DNA of 64,000 bases. It comes from Felis catus (taxonomy: Eukaryota). The stretch lies in assembly GCF_018350175.1 (NCBI RefSeq), contig NC_058369.1, positions 11,780,001-11,844,000 of the forward strand. The letters are read 5' to 3'. Below the pieces are notes generated by a model. It was not told where the DNA came from and did not search any database. It saw nothing but the letters and a program-made list of their open reading frames with translations. The position numbers and the translations under genes are program-made. Shown here one piece after another: positions 10,668-22,309 of this stretch (its first letter is position 1; each line of letters opens with the position of its first letter).

Positions 10668-12364
10668 CCATAATTAAACAACATTAAATAGGAAGTTCTT
10701 TATTGTAGGAAGGTCTCAGTGCCTTTAATACATTGAAGAGAATTGTACACTCTAAGGAGGGAGTAGACAGTGTGTGATGTACCAAGCTTATTGAGAGGCC
10801 CAGCTCATCTGGATATATCTGGAGCTTCTAGTGTCCTATAAAACACACCCAAGGAATCACTGCCCAGGGGATCCAGTCCTAACCCCTCCATGTATGATTC
10901 AATGACCTCACATTCTGGTCATCATCTGTTTTTGGACTTTTTTCGTGTCTACACACTTGACCAGAACCACACGCTAAGCCTCCTGGACCATCTTGAGTAC
11001 ATCTTCTCTCTTTCACTTCCACTGCTTCTGCCTCAGCTCAGGTCAGGACAATTGCTGTATATCCTGGACTTAGTCTTACCTTCATCAACCCATGCTCTAG
11101 TCAAGTTCAAGGGGCCATCTTCCTAAAACACGCCCTTGATATGCTTTTTGGAAACACCCGATTCCTCAGTGCCACATGGATAACCTAGAATCTTCAGATG
11201 GCACCTTTCAATTCCCACATAGTGGGTGCCAATTCATCTTTATACCCACATCTCCTACACTCCCAAGGGCTCTCCACCCCCTTGCCACAGCTATGTGGTA
11301 AATGACTCATCTTTTTGGATATTGTCTTGTATCTTATCTTTATGCTTTTGTTCCTGCCGTGTCATCTATCTGGAACATCTTTCACTGGCTCGTGTCAAGC
11401 TTCATAGAAGAACCCATCCTGGGCCCAGCGTGAATTAATCCAACTCCCTTAATATCCCAGTCATACCCTATGTAGAGTTTTGTAGCTGTGTTAATTATGA
11501 TCTTCCTTTGCCTATGTATGTCTTGCCCATCAGACAGGCTGCTACTTTAGGGCGGAGCAGGCTTCCAACACATGGGTGTGTCTCCAGTTTCCAGTACAGG
11601 GCTTGGTACACAGCAGGTGCACAATGAACTATATTGGAATGAATGAGTGAGTGAGTGTTATAAGCATTTCAAGAAATGTTTAGGAAAGAGAGTATAGGAT
11701 CATTTGACAGACTTGTCACATGTTATACACCAGACATTCAAATGTATCATGTTCTCAAACTTAATCTCAGAGATCCAGGGATGTTAAGTCATTTGTCTGG
11801 TTTGGCCTCATTTGTTTCATTTATAATTCAAGATTATTATTATAAAACAGATGATTACTATAAAACAGTGGTGCTCAAAAGGTGGTGGTTTCTTCCTAGA
11901 GACAACTGGCACTGCAATATTTTTGGTTGTCACAATGGAGAGTGGGTAGAGACCAGCCATGCCACTCAATGTCCTACAGTGCCCAGGATGGCCCCACACA
12001 ACAGATAATGATAAAGCTCCCGATGTAAATATTTCCTTCATGTAAACACAGTGCTGTAATATATGGTTAGGATATTTTACTTTTAGGATTACTCACATAT
12101 CCCCAAGGAAAGACCTTTGCCAGTAGCCTTATTCTCTTCTGGGATCTTGTTGGTGAGCCCAGCTGGGCATGGCTGAGTGTGGCTTGCCCAGCACTGTGGT
12201 TAAGGGACCGGGCTGATCCTTGTATTTGTTTTCACAGCAACTGGCGTGATACCAGATCTTCTCACTATGACTGTGCCTTCCTGATGGGTTCTGGCTCTTG
12301 GTCCTCTACTACATGCTATGCGTATTGGTATCATTGGATATGTGAGAAGCCACAGGTCTGCTGA
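8234..12364 (+). CDS. Intact 7-exon type II transmembrane C-type lectin, CLEC4G/LSECtin-like paralogue, 224 aa: join(8234-8270,8436-8546,8777-8830,8912-9001,9340-9491,10357-10460,12238-12364)
   Basis: Assembled by hand. Kozak accATGG at 8234; six GT-AG introns with matching phases (1,1,1,1,0,2); exon sum 675 nt = 224 codons + TGA. Protein: MEGKYPPIQGKPAQRDQRLPQDDPWKFFCLAMTLMLLLFDLILGVVLAEVLLFSNKMQEDLKQMDIQFVQGLADAGHERDIVWGEVFRQTEAVRAGNESSCEPCHENWTAFQGSCYQFSTQELSWFKAKDHCAEKGAHLVIINSQAEQKFLSPKENNGYWIGLRKQYPKGIHKWQDGSVPTFINWRDTRSSHYDCAFLMGSGSWSSTTCYAYWYHWICEKPQVC. CTLD hallmarks: 8 Cys, WIGL, W.DG, WICEK. Confidence 0.9.
8436..8546 (+). CDS. C-type lectin exon 2 (transmembrane helix)
   Basis: Acceptor ttccccgcag, donor G|GTAAGG; 111 nt phase 1-1; hydrophobic FFCLAMTLMLLLFDLILGVVLA. 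Confidence 0.88.
8777..8830 (+). CDS. C-type lectin exon 3 (neck)
   Basis: Acceptor gtctctcctag, donor T|GTGAGT; 54 nt phase 1-1; (V)LLFSNKMQEDLKQMDIQ. Confidence 0.82.
8912..9001 (+). CDS. C-type lectin exon 4 (neck, LSECtin-like helix)
   Basis: Acceptor ggcctcttag, donor G|GTAAGG; 90 nt; VQGLADAGHERDIVWGEVFRQTEAVRAGN resembles recalled human CLEC4G VTQGLAEAGRGREDVRTELFRALEAVRLQN. Confidence 0.9.
9340..9491 (+). CDS. C-type lectin exon 5 (CTLD part 1)
   Basis: Acceptor ccccttctccag, donor CAG|GTGAGA; SCEPCHENWTAFQGSCYQF...W..A.DHC...GAHLVIINS..EQ. Confidence 0.95.
10357..10460 (+). CDS. C-type lectin exon 6 (CTLD part 2)
   Basis: Acceptor cttctcatgcag, donor AT|GTGAGT; KFL...GYWIGLR...KWQDGS. 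Confidence 0.95.
10626..10661. repeat. (GT)n microsatellite in lectin intron 6
   Basis: Read directly. Confidence 0.95.
11866..12030 (+). mobile_element. MER20-like hAT DNA transposon in lectin intron 6
   Basis: cagtggtgctcaa...ggttgtcacaa...gggtagagaccag...cacaacag pattern; similar copies near 15020, 29130, 30820, 32830, 41850 and 63400. Confidence 0.7.
12238..12364 (+). CDS. C-type lectin exon 7 (CTLD part 3, stop codon)
   Basis: Acceptor tgttttcacag; phase 2 completes ATC; NW...DCAF...W...C...WICEKPQVC*. Confidence 0.93.
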
Positions 12365-12690
12365 GATGCTCCCTTTCCTCTGTCTTCAGTCTTGGGAAAG
12401 ATTGTCTTGATATGTGACCTCATAACAATTCCCCAGCTTGGCTGCAGAAAAGGGGGTCTCCTGAAAGCCCTAGTCCTCTTGGTAGCGTTGTCTCCCTTTC
12501 TTTCCCTTACTTCTAAATTTTGTTGGGGTATATGTAAAATAACACCAGGATAAAACAATGAGCAAAATATATCGTGTAGGACATTCTACAAGACAAATAA
12601 TCTAGTTTTGAAAAAAAAATGACAGAAAGGCAAATGTCATATTATTAGATATAAAATAAAATATAAATAGATAAAATAAAAGAGTCTTAA

Positions 12691-12857
12691 CTGAGAATAA
12701 ACTGAGAGTTGACGGGGGGTGGGAAGGAGGGGAAAGTGGGTGATGGGCATTGAGGAGGGCACCTGTTGGGAGGAGCACTGGGTGGTGTATGGAAACCAAT
12801 TTGACAATAAATTTCATATTAATTAAAAACACAAATAAAATTTGAATCTCATATAAA
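12691..12857 (+). mobile_element. 5'-truncated carnivore/felid L1 3' end
   Basis: ctgagaataaactgagagttgacggggggtggg...ggaaaccaatttgacaataaa; flanked by 18-bp TSD aaaataaaagagtcttaa. Confidence 0.85.
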
Positions 12858-13044
12858 AAAATAAAAGAGTCTTAATGACATAACTCAATTAATGTGTATA
12901 CCATGTTTGGATTTTTATTAGAAAAAGCTTGAAAAAAAATCACAATATTTGAGTATGGATTGTATATCAGGAAACATTAAGGCATTTTTATTTATTTGTT
13001 AGGTGTGCTAATGGCATGGCATAGACAGATGGTGGATGGATGAA

Positions 13045-13075
13045 TAGATAGATAGATAGATAGATAGATAGAGAT
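13045..13075. repeat. (GATA)n microsatellite
   Basis: Read directly. Confidence 0.9.
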
Positions 13076-13174
13076 ATATCACTATAAGTTAGTAATCTAT
13101 ACTAACACGAACATGGGTAATACATAGGGGTACATTTGTGTACTCTGTGGGATTTTCTTTAAAATGATAAACCA

Positions 13175-13394
13175 GGGGTGCCTGGGTGGCTCAGTCGGTT
13201 AAGCGTCCGACTTCAGCTCAGGTCACGATCTCGCAGTCCGTGAGTTCGAGCCCTGCGTCGGGCTCTGGGCTAATGGCTCAGAGCCTGGAGCCTGCTTCCG
13301 ATTCTGTGTCTCCCTCTCTCTCTGCCCCTCCCCCGTTCATGCTCTGTCTCTCTCTGTCTCAAAAATAAATAAATGTTAAAAAATTTTTTTAAAA
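13175..13394 (+). mobile_element. Can-SINE (felid type)
   Basis: Full head, (CT)n, A tail; TSD taaaatgataaacc. Confidence 0.93.
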
Positions 13395-16279
13395 TAAAAT
13401 GATAAACCAAATAAGGGGGAAGATTGTAAGAAACTCAATTGGTCGAGTGTTTATAATTATTAAACCTTGAGACACAGGAGTTCATCATTTATTCTGTCTA
13501 ATTTGTGCCTACAGGAACATTCCACATAAAATTTTAAATTAGTCAATGCAATTCATAGTAACTTGTATAAGGTAAACATGATTCAGAAAGAAACTCAGCA
13601 AACTTGTGGTAGAACAGAAATGTCTGAATCTAGAAGTGAGATCTATGTAAAGTCCTACTATAAATATCATATTTCACAGTGTGGCATTGAGAACATTCCA
13701 TTTTAGCTTGGGAACACTGTATGGATTTCTATAGTTATGGATTTCTCTTCAACATTATCCTGGGGGTCCTAGACAAAGCAGTACTATACCTCTCCCCCCT
13801 CCCCCCACCCAGAAAAATCCCCAAGAAACAAAAGTATTAAAATTTGGGAAAGAAGATACAAAACCATCAGTTTTCACACATGATACCCTTGTTTTCACAG
13901 AGACACCAAGGCTGCTGCTCACACCTTTAGAATTTAGAAGTGTGTGCCAAATTTTCTGCATTCAGAGTCGGTATAGAGATTGTTTTATGAGCCAAGAGCA
14001 AATCGATAGACAAAGAAATATTTGGAAAATATCACACCATTGCACAAAAATGTTAAGTGACCTTCAGAACCATAGACATTCTGATGTCTTTAAGCGAAAA
14101 ATTAGAGACTATGCATGAAGACACAGGCACTCACTATAGCAGGAATGATAGGATATTACATGTTTAGTGTGGCTCTACCCACATAACAAATACTTAATAC
14201 ATTATAACCATTATTGGTAATAAGATATTTAAAAGTTTCATCATGGAAAACATTGAGTACCACACCTTCCTCTGTCAACCAAGAGGGATGAATCTGAAAA
14301 AAGCCACTATTCTTGGGACCAACTATTTTCCCACAGAGGCACGCTCTCTAGACTCAGAGGCACGCTAGGGAGGATGAGCTAATTTTATTCCCTCTAACAA
14401 GATTCTCTGGGGATCACGCTTCAGGAGGTCAGAGAGTCTGGTATAAACCTGTTGGTGGTGCCCCTGCTTTGGCTCCCAGAGAAAACATGCTCCTCCTCTA
14501 CAGTCAGAAGACAATGTGGAGGCAGCAGTGGCCCCTCCTCCCTGGAAACACAACACCCATGGGCTGAGAGGTCCTGGGATCTGCCAGAGGTACAGCAGCC
14601 ACTGGTCAAGTAAATGTGTCAAGAAGACAAGCTGTAGAGGCATGGTCTCAGGTCTCAACTTCCTCCCTGGAACTTCTCCTCAAAGGTCAGGGAGCTGCCT
14701 GCTCAGTGTTCCCCACCAAAACTTTAGAGTGCTTGGTGTCATAGCCTCATGGGTGGACAGGGTGTTTGAGCTGGTCAAGAGAGTGGTCAAGAGAATTCAG
14801 CCAGAGCTCAGGCTGAATTCTAACTCCATGCAGAAGTGAGGTGTGGAGCCTCAGCTGCCTGCCCCATGCACTTGTGGAGGGTTCAGTGGGGGTGCTACAT
14901 GTCAAGTGGGTTAGCTCAACTGTGGATTTGCATCAAATAAGCATCATTGTCCTGCTCAAAGTTAGTCAGTTTGGGCAGGTGCTGGGGGAGGAGAGAGCAG
15001 GAGTTTCAACCTAGTTCAGCGGTCCTCAATGGAGGGCAATTTCAATCCCTTCCCAAGGGGCCTTGAGATGTTTCTTCTTGTTGCAGCTGGAGTGGAGGAG
15101 GTGCTACTGACCAGGGGTGTCGCTCAATATCCTGCAAATATACACAAGGCGGTCCTCACCACAAAAAATGATCTGGCCCCAAATGTGTGCAGACTCCAGG
15201 ATGAGAATCCCTGGGCTTGAGCTGTGAAGTTGGATTGGACCCGGGTCTGCATTTCCACAGGCTCACTGGCTGCAGGGCTGTGGGAGGCGAGAGTGGCCAT
15301 GGGGAGACCAGGGGATGATAGATCACCCACCTGGGAGTCTGTAGTGAACTCGCGCTGGGAATGAACCTCCTGCTTCTGTCCAAGAGATTAAGATGATGTT
15401 TAAAAGTCCACAAATTCAGAATCACTGGGATGTGAGAGGCAGGACAGGAGTGGTGGGCAGTGCCCACTGCTTGACTTGGTTGTCCAGGTTGTGCACCCCA
15501 CGGAATGCCACAGTGCAAAAAAACTCCCAGGGCCAACTTCAGCGGCTTCGGCAGGGGGATCCCATTTCAGACCTCGTGAGACGGGATTGCCTGGGGTGGG
15601 GGCGGTGTCTGGGAGTGATGTCCAGGAAACAGCAGGATAATCAAGCAGGAATTGGAAAAGAGGTGGATGCTGAGTCAGAAATTCAGAATGAATTTAATCC
15701 ATTGAATAAAAAGTGTAAGTATGGAAGACAATTGAGACCGCCCTCTGCCCCCCCACCCCCGCCGCCCCATGCCCCCACACTAAGACACCTGCCACCTGTA
15801 ATATAAACATTTTCTGGCTTGCCTGGGTGGGTGGCTCCGTTGGTTAACCGTCTGATTCTTGGTTTTGGCTCATGTCATGAGTTCACAGTTTGAGAGTTCA
15901 AGCCCCGTGTTGGGCTCTGCGCTAACAGAGTGGAGCCTGCTTGCAGTTCTCTTTCTGTCTGCCCCTCCTGGGCTCTCTCCCTCTCAAAATACATAAATAA
16001 ACTTAAAGAACAAAACCCCAAAATAAATATTTTCATACCTCAGATGTACCCTGAACATGCCTTGCCATATGGTATGTGGATTGCAGGGTGAACAGCATGG
16101 GGGAGTCCATAGATACAAAAAACAAAAACAAAAACAAAAACAAAACAAAACACCAGCCAACCCAGATATTCACTCTTTTTCTCAGCCTTCCGTGGATAAA
16201 GATGACTGGATAGCTTTGGAGAGTCTATTGTCGTTCACAAATGTGTAATGTTGCTCCCAGGGTGAGATTTCTGCCACCC

Positions 16280-16580
16280 CACCCCCTTAACACCAGGCTT
16301 GGCCACTGAAATGTGGGTGGAGGTGAGAGAAGGCTGTTTCCTGGTAAAAGCTCTTTGGAGCCAGCCTACCCTTCACTTTCTCCATTGCTGTGATAACTGG
16401 CAGTGCCCCAGACACAGATGTTTGTCTCTCTGCCTGAGTTCTGGACTGAATTCATCACGAAGCACAGCCATAGCAACCTATGATGGGCCTGCAGCCCGAA
16501 AGGGAAATAAACCTTCAGTGCTGTCAGCCACCAAGATTTGGGCGTGTATGTTGCTGGAGTGTACCTTAGCCTAAGTGGAC
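16280..16580 (+). mobile_element. Old MLT1 (MaLR) LTR remnant
   Basis: aaataaaccttcagtgctgtcagccaccaagatttggg...tgttgctg pattern typical of MLT1 3' ends. Confidence 0.55.
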
Positions 16581-17259
16581 TCAGAGTCAGTGGGCTGCCC
16601 AGGGTCCGGGTAACGCAAGCAGTGCCTGGGACATGGGGCCAGAATTTGTGGGCAAATAAAGATTGTCTGTCTCCAACACTGACGCTAAGAAGCATAAAAT
16701 GAATGAAATTAGCTCCCTTTGAAAATAACCTGCACCAAGATATAATTAATCTGTGCATGATCTTACAGCCTGACAATGAGACTGATGGAAAAGATACGTG
16801 TCCTTGTAACATTTTAGAGTGTGCCTTTAAAAGAAGCTTCTGTAGAGCTCCACACGAATTGTCTCATTTACTCCTCCCAAGAAACTGAGGCTGTGGGAGT
16901 GTCTGTCACTGGCTAACACAGCCAATGAGTGTCAGAGATGGTATTCAAACAGGGTCTGTCGGAACCCTTGCTCTCGGCCACTAAGAGGTCTTAAAATTCA
17001 TGAGGTTCAGCATTTTCTGTATTCACCCACCACATCTTCACAACTATGTGGAGCAGGTATTATTATTAGCCTCATTTTAAAGATGAGAAAACTAAGGCAC
17101 AGAGAAGTTAAGTAACTTGCCTAACTCACACAGCTAGTAAGAGGCAGAGCTAAGATTTAACCCCAGGCTGTCTGCCTTCAGAATTGATGCCCTTAATCAC
17201 AATTGAAAATATATTAAAAATGAATGAAAAAATAAAAAAGAAATAAAAAAAATTTTCAT

Positions 17260-17458
17260 TTTAATTTTTTTAAGTCTATTTATTTATATTGAGAGAGACA
17301 GAGAGAGCATGAGCTGGGGAGGGGCAGAGACAGGAAGAGAGGAAGAATCCCAAGCAGGCTCCATGCGCAGACCCCGACACAGGGCTCGAACCCATGAACT
17401 GTGAGATCATGACCTGAACCGAAGTCAAGAGTTGGATGTCCAAGTGACCAGGCGCCCT
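17260..17458 (-). mobile_element. Can-SINE
   Basis: SINEC body in reverse orientation. Confidence 0.85.
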
Positions 17459-17950
17459 TATTTTTATTATTTTTTAAAACAAGTCTTGGAAATAGTATTT
17501 TATTTAGGCTATTTATTTGGTTTATTTCTTCCCCCTATCTTTCGTGAGTCATAATTGGCAGGTAAAAATGTATATAATTAGGGTATACAACTTGATACTT
17601 TGATATGTGCCTAACTGTGAAATAGTCACCACGATCAAGCTAATTAACATATATCACTCTTTATCTTGATAGCATCACTGGAAATTCCCAGTAATAAAAA
17701 TAACTGTCCACATTACATGTTAGGTATGGATTTAAGGCCCTTGTACACAGTTTTATCACTTAATCCTTGTAATGATCCTAAGAGGTTAGAATTATTAGTT
17801 CCTTAAGCACATGAGGAAACAGGCTCAGAGAGGTTAGTGAGAGGAACCCTGAAGGCTGGGTGGGAAGGACAGTAAGGCGATGATCCATTTCTTCCTCCAG
17901 AGTCCACTCACTGTTGACGCCCTTGTTTCTGGCCTCAGAACTGCCCGGAT

Positions 17951-18886
17951 ATGGAGAATCAGACGCGAGTCTTCGAATTCATCCTCCTCGGCCTCTCCGA
18001 GCAGCCCCTACAGCAGCAGGTGCTCATTGGTGTGTCCTGCAGCCTGTATCTGATCGGATGCATGGGGAATCTGCTCACCATCCTGGCCATCCTCTTGGAC
18101 CCTCACCTCCACAGCCCCATGTACTTCTTCCTCAGCAACTTGTCTCTTCTGGACATCTGTTTTACCTCCACCACCGTCCCCAAGATGCTGGTGAACTATC
18201 TGTGCAGACACAGCACCATCTCCCCCCAGGCTTGCCTGGCACAGATGTATTTCTTCATTGCCTTTGGGGCAGCGGAAAGCATCCTTCTCTCAGTCATGGC
18301 TTATGACCGCTACCTGGCCATCTGCTGCTTGCTGCGCTACATGACGATCATGAACGTCCTTCGTTGTGCCTTGCTAGTGACCGTGCCCTGGACCTCGGCA
18401 AACCTCATCTCCATGGTCCATACCATCCTGATGACCCGCTTGTCCTTTTGCACCAATAGGACCCCACACTTTTTCTGTGACATTAATGCCTTGATCAAGC
18501 TTTCCTGCTCCAACGCGCAAGTCAACGAGATGTTGATGCTGGTCCTTGGGGGTTCGGTGGTTCTGATGTCTTTTGTGTGTATCACGGCCTCTTATACACC
18601 TATTGCTGTGGCTGTGTGAAAGGTGCCCTCAGCCCAGGGGAAGTGGAAAGCTTTCTCTACCTGTAGCTGTCACCTTTGTGTCATCTCTCTCTTCTATGGG
18701 ACTATTATTGGGGTCTACTTCAACCCTGCATCCACACACACCACCCAGAGGGACATGGTAGCCACAGTGATGTATGCCATGGTCACCCCCATGCTGAACC
18801 CCTTCATCTACAGCCTTCGGAACCGTGATCTGAAGGGTGCCCTCAGGAAACTTCTTAAAGGAAACCTCTTGGCTAAGCCTCTTTGA
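17951..18886 (+). pseudogene. Class II olfactory receptor, family 1 (probably OR1AB-like), with one in-frame premature TGA at 18617-18619
   Basis: ORFs 17951-18619 and 18623-18886 are in the same frame and together give 311 codons with OR motifs [45 protein letters not shown]. The OR1AB assignment rests on recalled synteny. Confidence 0.92.
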
Positions 18887-18964
18887 AGACTCTTTTTAGA
18901 CCCAATTCCTTTTGAAATAAACTAATTTTTTTCCCAATTTTTGAACTCAGGGTGTTTTTTCCCC

Positions 18965-19204
18965 TTTTTTATTTTTTATATTAAAAAAATTTTAATGCTT
19001 TATTTATTTTTGAGAAAGAGAGAGACAGAGTGTGAACAGGGAAGAGGCAGAGAGAGAGAGAGAGGGAGACACAGAATCTCAAGCAGGCTCTAGGCTCTGA
19101 GCTGTCAGCACAGAGCCCAACGTGGAGCTTGAACCCATGAACTGCGAGATCATGACCTCAACTGAAGTTGGACACTTAACCCACTGAGCCACCCAGGCGC
19201 CCCA
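18965..19204 (-). mobile_element. Can-SINE
   Basis: SINEC body in reverse orientation just 3' of the OR pseudogene. Confidence 0.9.
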
Positions 19205-19755
19205 TTTTCCCTTTTTTTTTTTAAAGGTAGAAACCAAGTTTTAGTCTTCATGTAAGCATTTTATTTTTTGTTGAATTATTTGACATAGAACATTATGTAA
19301 ATTGAGGTTGTACATGTTCATTCAATACATTTATATATTGTAATATGATTGCCAGTATAGCAATATTTAGCACCTCTATCACATTACATAATTACCCTTT
19401 CTTGTTAATGGCTGAGATAATTAAGTAGTCTTTTAGCAAGTTTGATGATTGTAGTATAATATTGTCTATATTCATTACACTGTGCATTAGACCTGTCTTA
19501 TTTACCACTCATTGCAAGTTTGTACCCTTAAACAACATCAGTCTTATCCCTGCACCCTCCCTCCCCTGGCAACCACCACTCTATTTTTTCTAGATTCCAA
19601 GTGTAAGTAATATTGCACTGTGCATGTTTTTCTCTGACTTATCTCACTTAGCATAATGTACTCACGTCCATCCATGTTGTCACAAAGGCAGGATATCTTC
19701 CTATCTCATAGCTGAATTATATTCTATTGTGTGTGTGTGTGTGTATCACCTTTTT

Positions 19756-19975
19756 TTTTTAAATTTTTTTTTCAACGTTTATTTATTTTTGGGACAGAGA
19801 GACACAGAGCATGAACAGGGGAGGGGCAGAGAGAGAGGGAGACACAGAATCGGAAACAGGCTCCAGGCTCCGAGCCATCAGCCCAGAGCCTGACGCGGGG
19901 CTCGAACTCCCGGACCGAGAGATCATGACCTGGCTGAAGTCGGACGCTTAACCGACTGCGCCACCCAGGCGCCCC
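19756..19975 (-). mobile_element. Very young felid SINE
   Basis: CpGs intact; TSD tgtatcaccttttt. Confidence 0.95.
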
Positions 19976-20089
19976 TGTATCACCTTTTTTACCCACTCAT
20001 CCCTTGATGGGCATTTAGGTTGTTTCCATAGCATGGCTATCGTGAATGATGATGCAATAAATAGAGGAGTGCATATATCTCTTCAAGAT

Positions 20090-20251
20090 NNNNNNNNNNN
20101 NNNNNNNNNNNNNNNNNNNNNNNNNNNNNNNNNNNNNNNNNNNNNNNNNNNNNNNNNNNNNNNNNNNNNNNNNNNNNNNNNNNNNNNNNNNNNNNNNNNN
20201 NNNNNNNNNNNNNNNNNNNNNNNNNNNNNNNNNNNNNNNNNNNNNNNNNNN
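20090..20251. other. N gap (162 nt)
   Basis: Run of N. Confidence 0.99.
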
Positions 20252-20924
20252 CTCCCTGACACCTGTTGTCTTTTGTCTTTTTGAGGTGGTATCTCATTGT
20301 GATTTTGACTTACATTTCCCTGATGTTGAGCATCCTCTCGTGTGCTTGTTGGCCAATTTGATGTCCTCTTTGGAAAAATATCTATTTAGTTTGCTCCCCC
20401 CCCCATTTAAGTTGGATTGTTTGTGTTTTTGTCATTAAGTTGTATGAGTTCTTTACACATTTTGGGTTAACGTTTATCCAATATACGGTTTGCAAAAATT
20501 TTCTCCCAATTTTTTGATTGTCTTTTCATTCTGTCAATTGTTTCTTTTCCTGTGCAGAAGTCTTTGAGTTTGCTGATTTTTGCTTTTGCTGTTTATGCTT
20601 TTGGTGTCATATCCAAGAAATTATTGCCGAGACCCATGTTGAGGGGCTTCTTCTAAGAGTTTTGTGGTATTGAGTCTTATGCTTAAGTCTTTGATCCATT
20701 TCAAGTTAATTTTTGTGAGTGGTGTGAAATAGAGTTCCCATTTCATTGTTTCATGTGGCTTATCCAGTTTCCACACACCATCTGTTGAAGAGAGTATCCT
20801 GTCTCCATTGGATGTTTTTGGCTCCCTTGTTGAATTCTAGTTGAAATTAAAAGCTTTTCATGGTGCTTTTTCTTGGTTCACAGACACAACATTAAAAAAT
20901 TTTAAAAAGTATCCCCTTACAAAT

Positions 20925-20944
20925 TTTTGTTAATGTTTATTTTT

Positions 20945-20982
<38 letters not shown>

Positions 20983-21092
20983 CCGAAGCAGGGTCCAGGC
21001 TCTGAGCTGTCAGCACAGAGCCTGAAGCAGGGCTCAAACTCATGAACTGTGAGATCACGACCTGAGCTGAAGTTGGACACGCCCAGGTGCCC
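20925..21092 (-). mobile_element. Can-SINE
   Basis: SINEC body in reverse orientation. Confidence 0.85.
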
Positions 21093-21970
21093 ATAAAAAA
21101 GGTATCCCCTTTTTCATTCCTTCAATCCTTTTGATGACACCCTGAGAATATTTTGATTTGATGTTACTATGCCTACAACACTTTCCCCATGACATCCCTT
21201 TGGAAAGTGAGAAGGAGGGTCTTTGGCTCAGAGCCTTCAGCAGGCAACAGCAGCTAGCTAGAATTTAAACAATATTCTTTAATTTTTAAGACGTTCTCTT
21301 TTTACTCTTATCTTCTGTATCAGTTGGGGTTCAGGTGGGAAAAGATAAAGTGTGCTCCCGCTTGCACACTTATTTATGTCCGATAGTTTGGGTTTTCTAT
21401 GTACAGTAGTGATCTATTAGGTTCTAATGAAGAACTTTAAAGGCTTAACAACATTCAGTAGAAAAAACCCTACCAAGTAAATAAAAGCATTGCTAGTACC
21501 TGAATGTACTTTGACTCAAATAACAGGAATGGGAGGTACTGGATCAGACAGATTGCACGTGCTGAGTCAGGAGCAAAACACTGGGATTTCATGATGGTGG
21601 GGCACTGGCTTTAAAACCTGACAGACTTGGGTTCAAATTCCCCACTCCCTCATGAATAGGTTGAATGTTTCTTATCTGCTCACTTTCCCTTTGAGTGTGA
21701 GTTTTCTCCTTCATGGAGTGCAGGCTGTACAACATCCCTTCTAGCCTGTTGCTGTAAGTCAATTAGCTTCACATCTCAGCACTACTGTTTTCTCACCTGT
21801 AAACTGAAGTTAGTAATGGTTCCCCTCTCTCCAGGTGGTCATGAGAATTCTATAAAAAAAACGTAAATCACTTATCAAAGGACTCCATGCATAATAAGCA
21901 TTGGACCAATCAGACTTCTGTGGCTCAAAAAAGATAGACATCACAGTTTTAAAAAGCTAAAAATGTATTT

Positions 21971-22188
21971 TTTTTAATTTTTTAACGTTTTTATTTATTT
22001 TTGAGACAGAGAGAGACAGAGCATGAACGGGTGAGGGGCAGAGAGAGAGGGAGACACAGAATCAGAAGCAGGCTCCAGGCTCTGAGCCATCAGCCCAGAG
22101 CCCGACGCGGGGCTCGAACTCACGGACCGCGAGATCGTGACCTGAGCTGAAGTCGGACGCTCAACCGACTGAGCCACCCAGGCACCCC
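21971..22188 (-). mobile_element. Felid SINE
   Basis: 22-bp TSD taaaaagctaaaaatgtatttt. Confidence 0.95.
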
Positions 22189-22309
22189 TAAAAAGCTAAA
22201 AATGTATTTTAAATGAACTATCCTTGATCGTCATCAGCAGCGTTTTTTTTTTTTTTTTCAAACAAGAGTTGCAAAGTTATTTGCGGAACTGATTTTTAAA
22301 TGGTTTCAA

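Larger units (their letters stand above)
19260..20860 (-). mobile_element. L1 (L1MA/carnivore) 3' region containing a young SINE and an N gap
   Basis: Reverse-complement L1 3'UTR/ORF2-end text (catccatgttgtcacaaa..., gaggtggtatctcattgtg..., ttgatccatttcaagttaatttttg). Confidence 0.85.

Noticed and set aside
15051-15060. O/E-like TCCCAAGGGG upstream of the family-1 OR
   Set aside because: It lies within a MER20 element where similar sequence is expected
20033-20297. ORFs containing X runs (also near 33478-33925 and 45354-45680)
   Set aside because: Artefacts of N gaps inside L1 remnants
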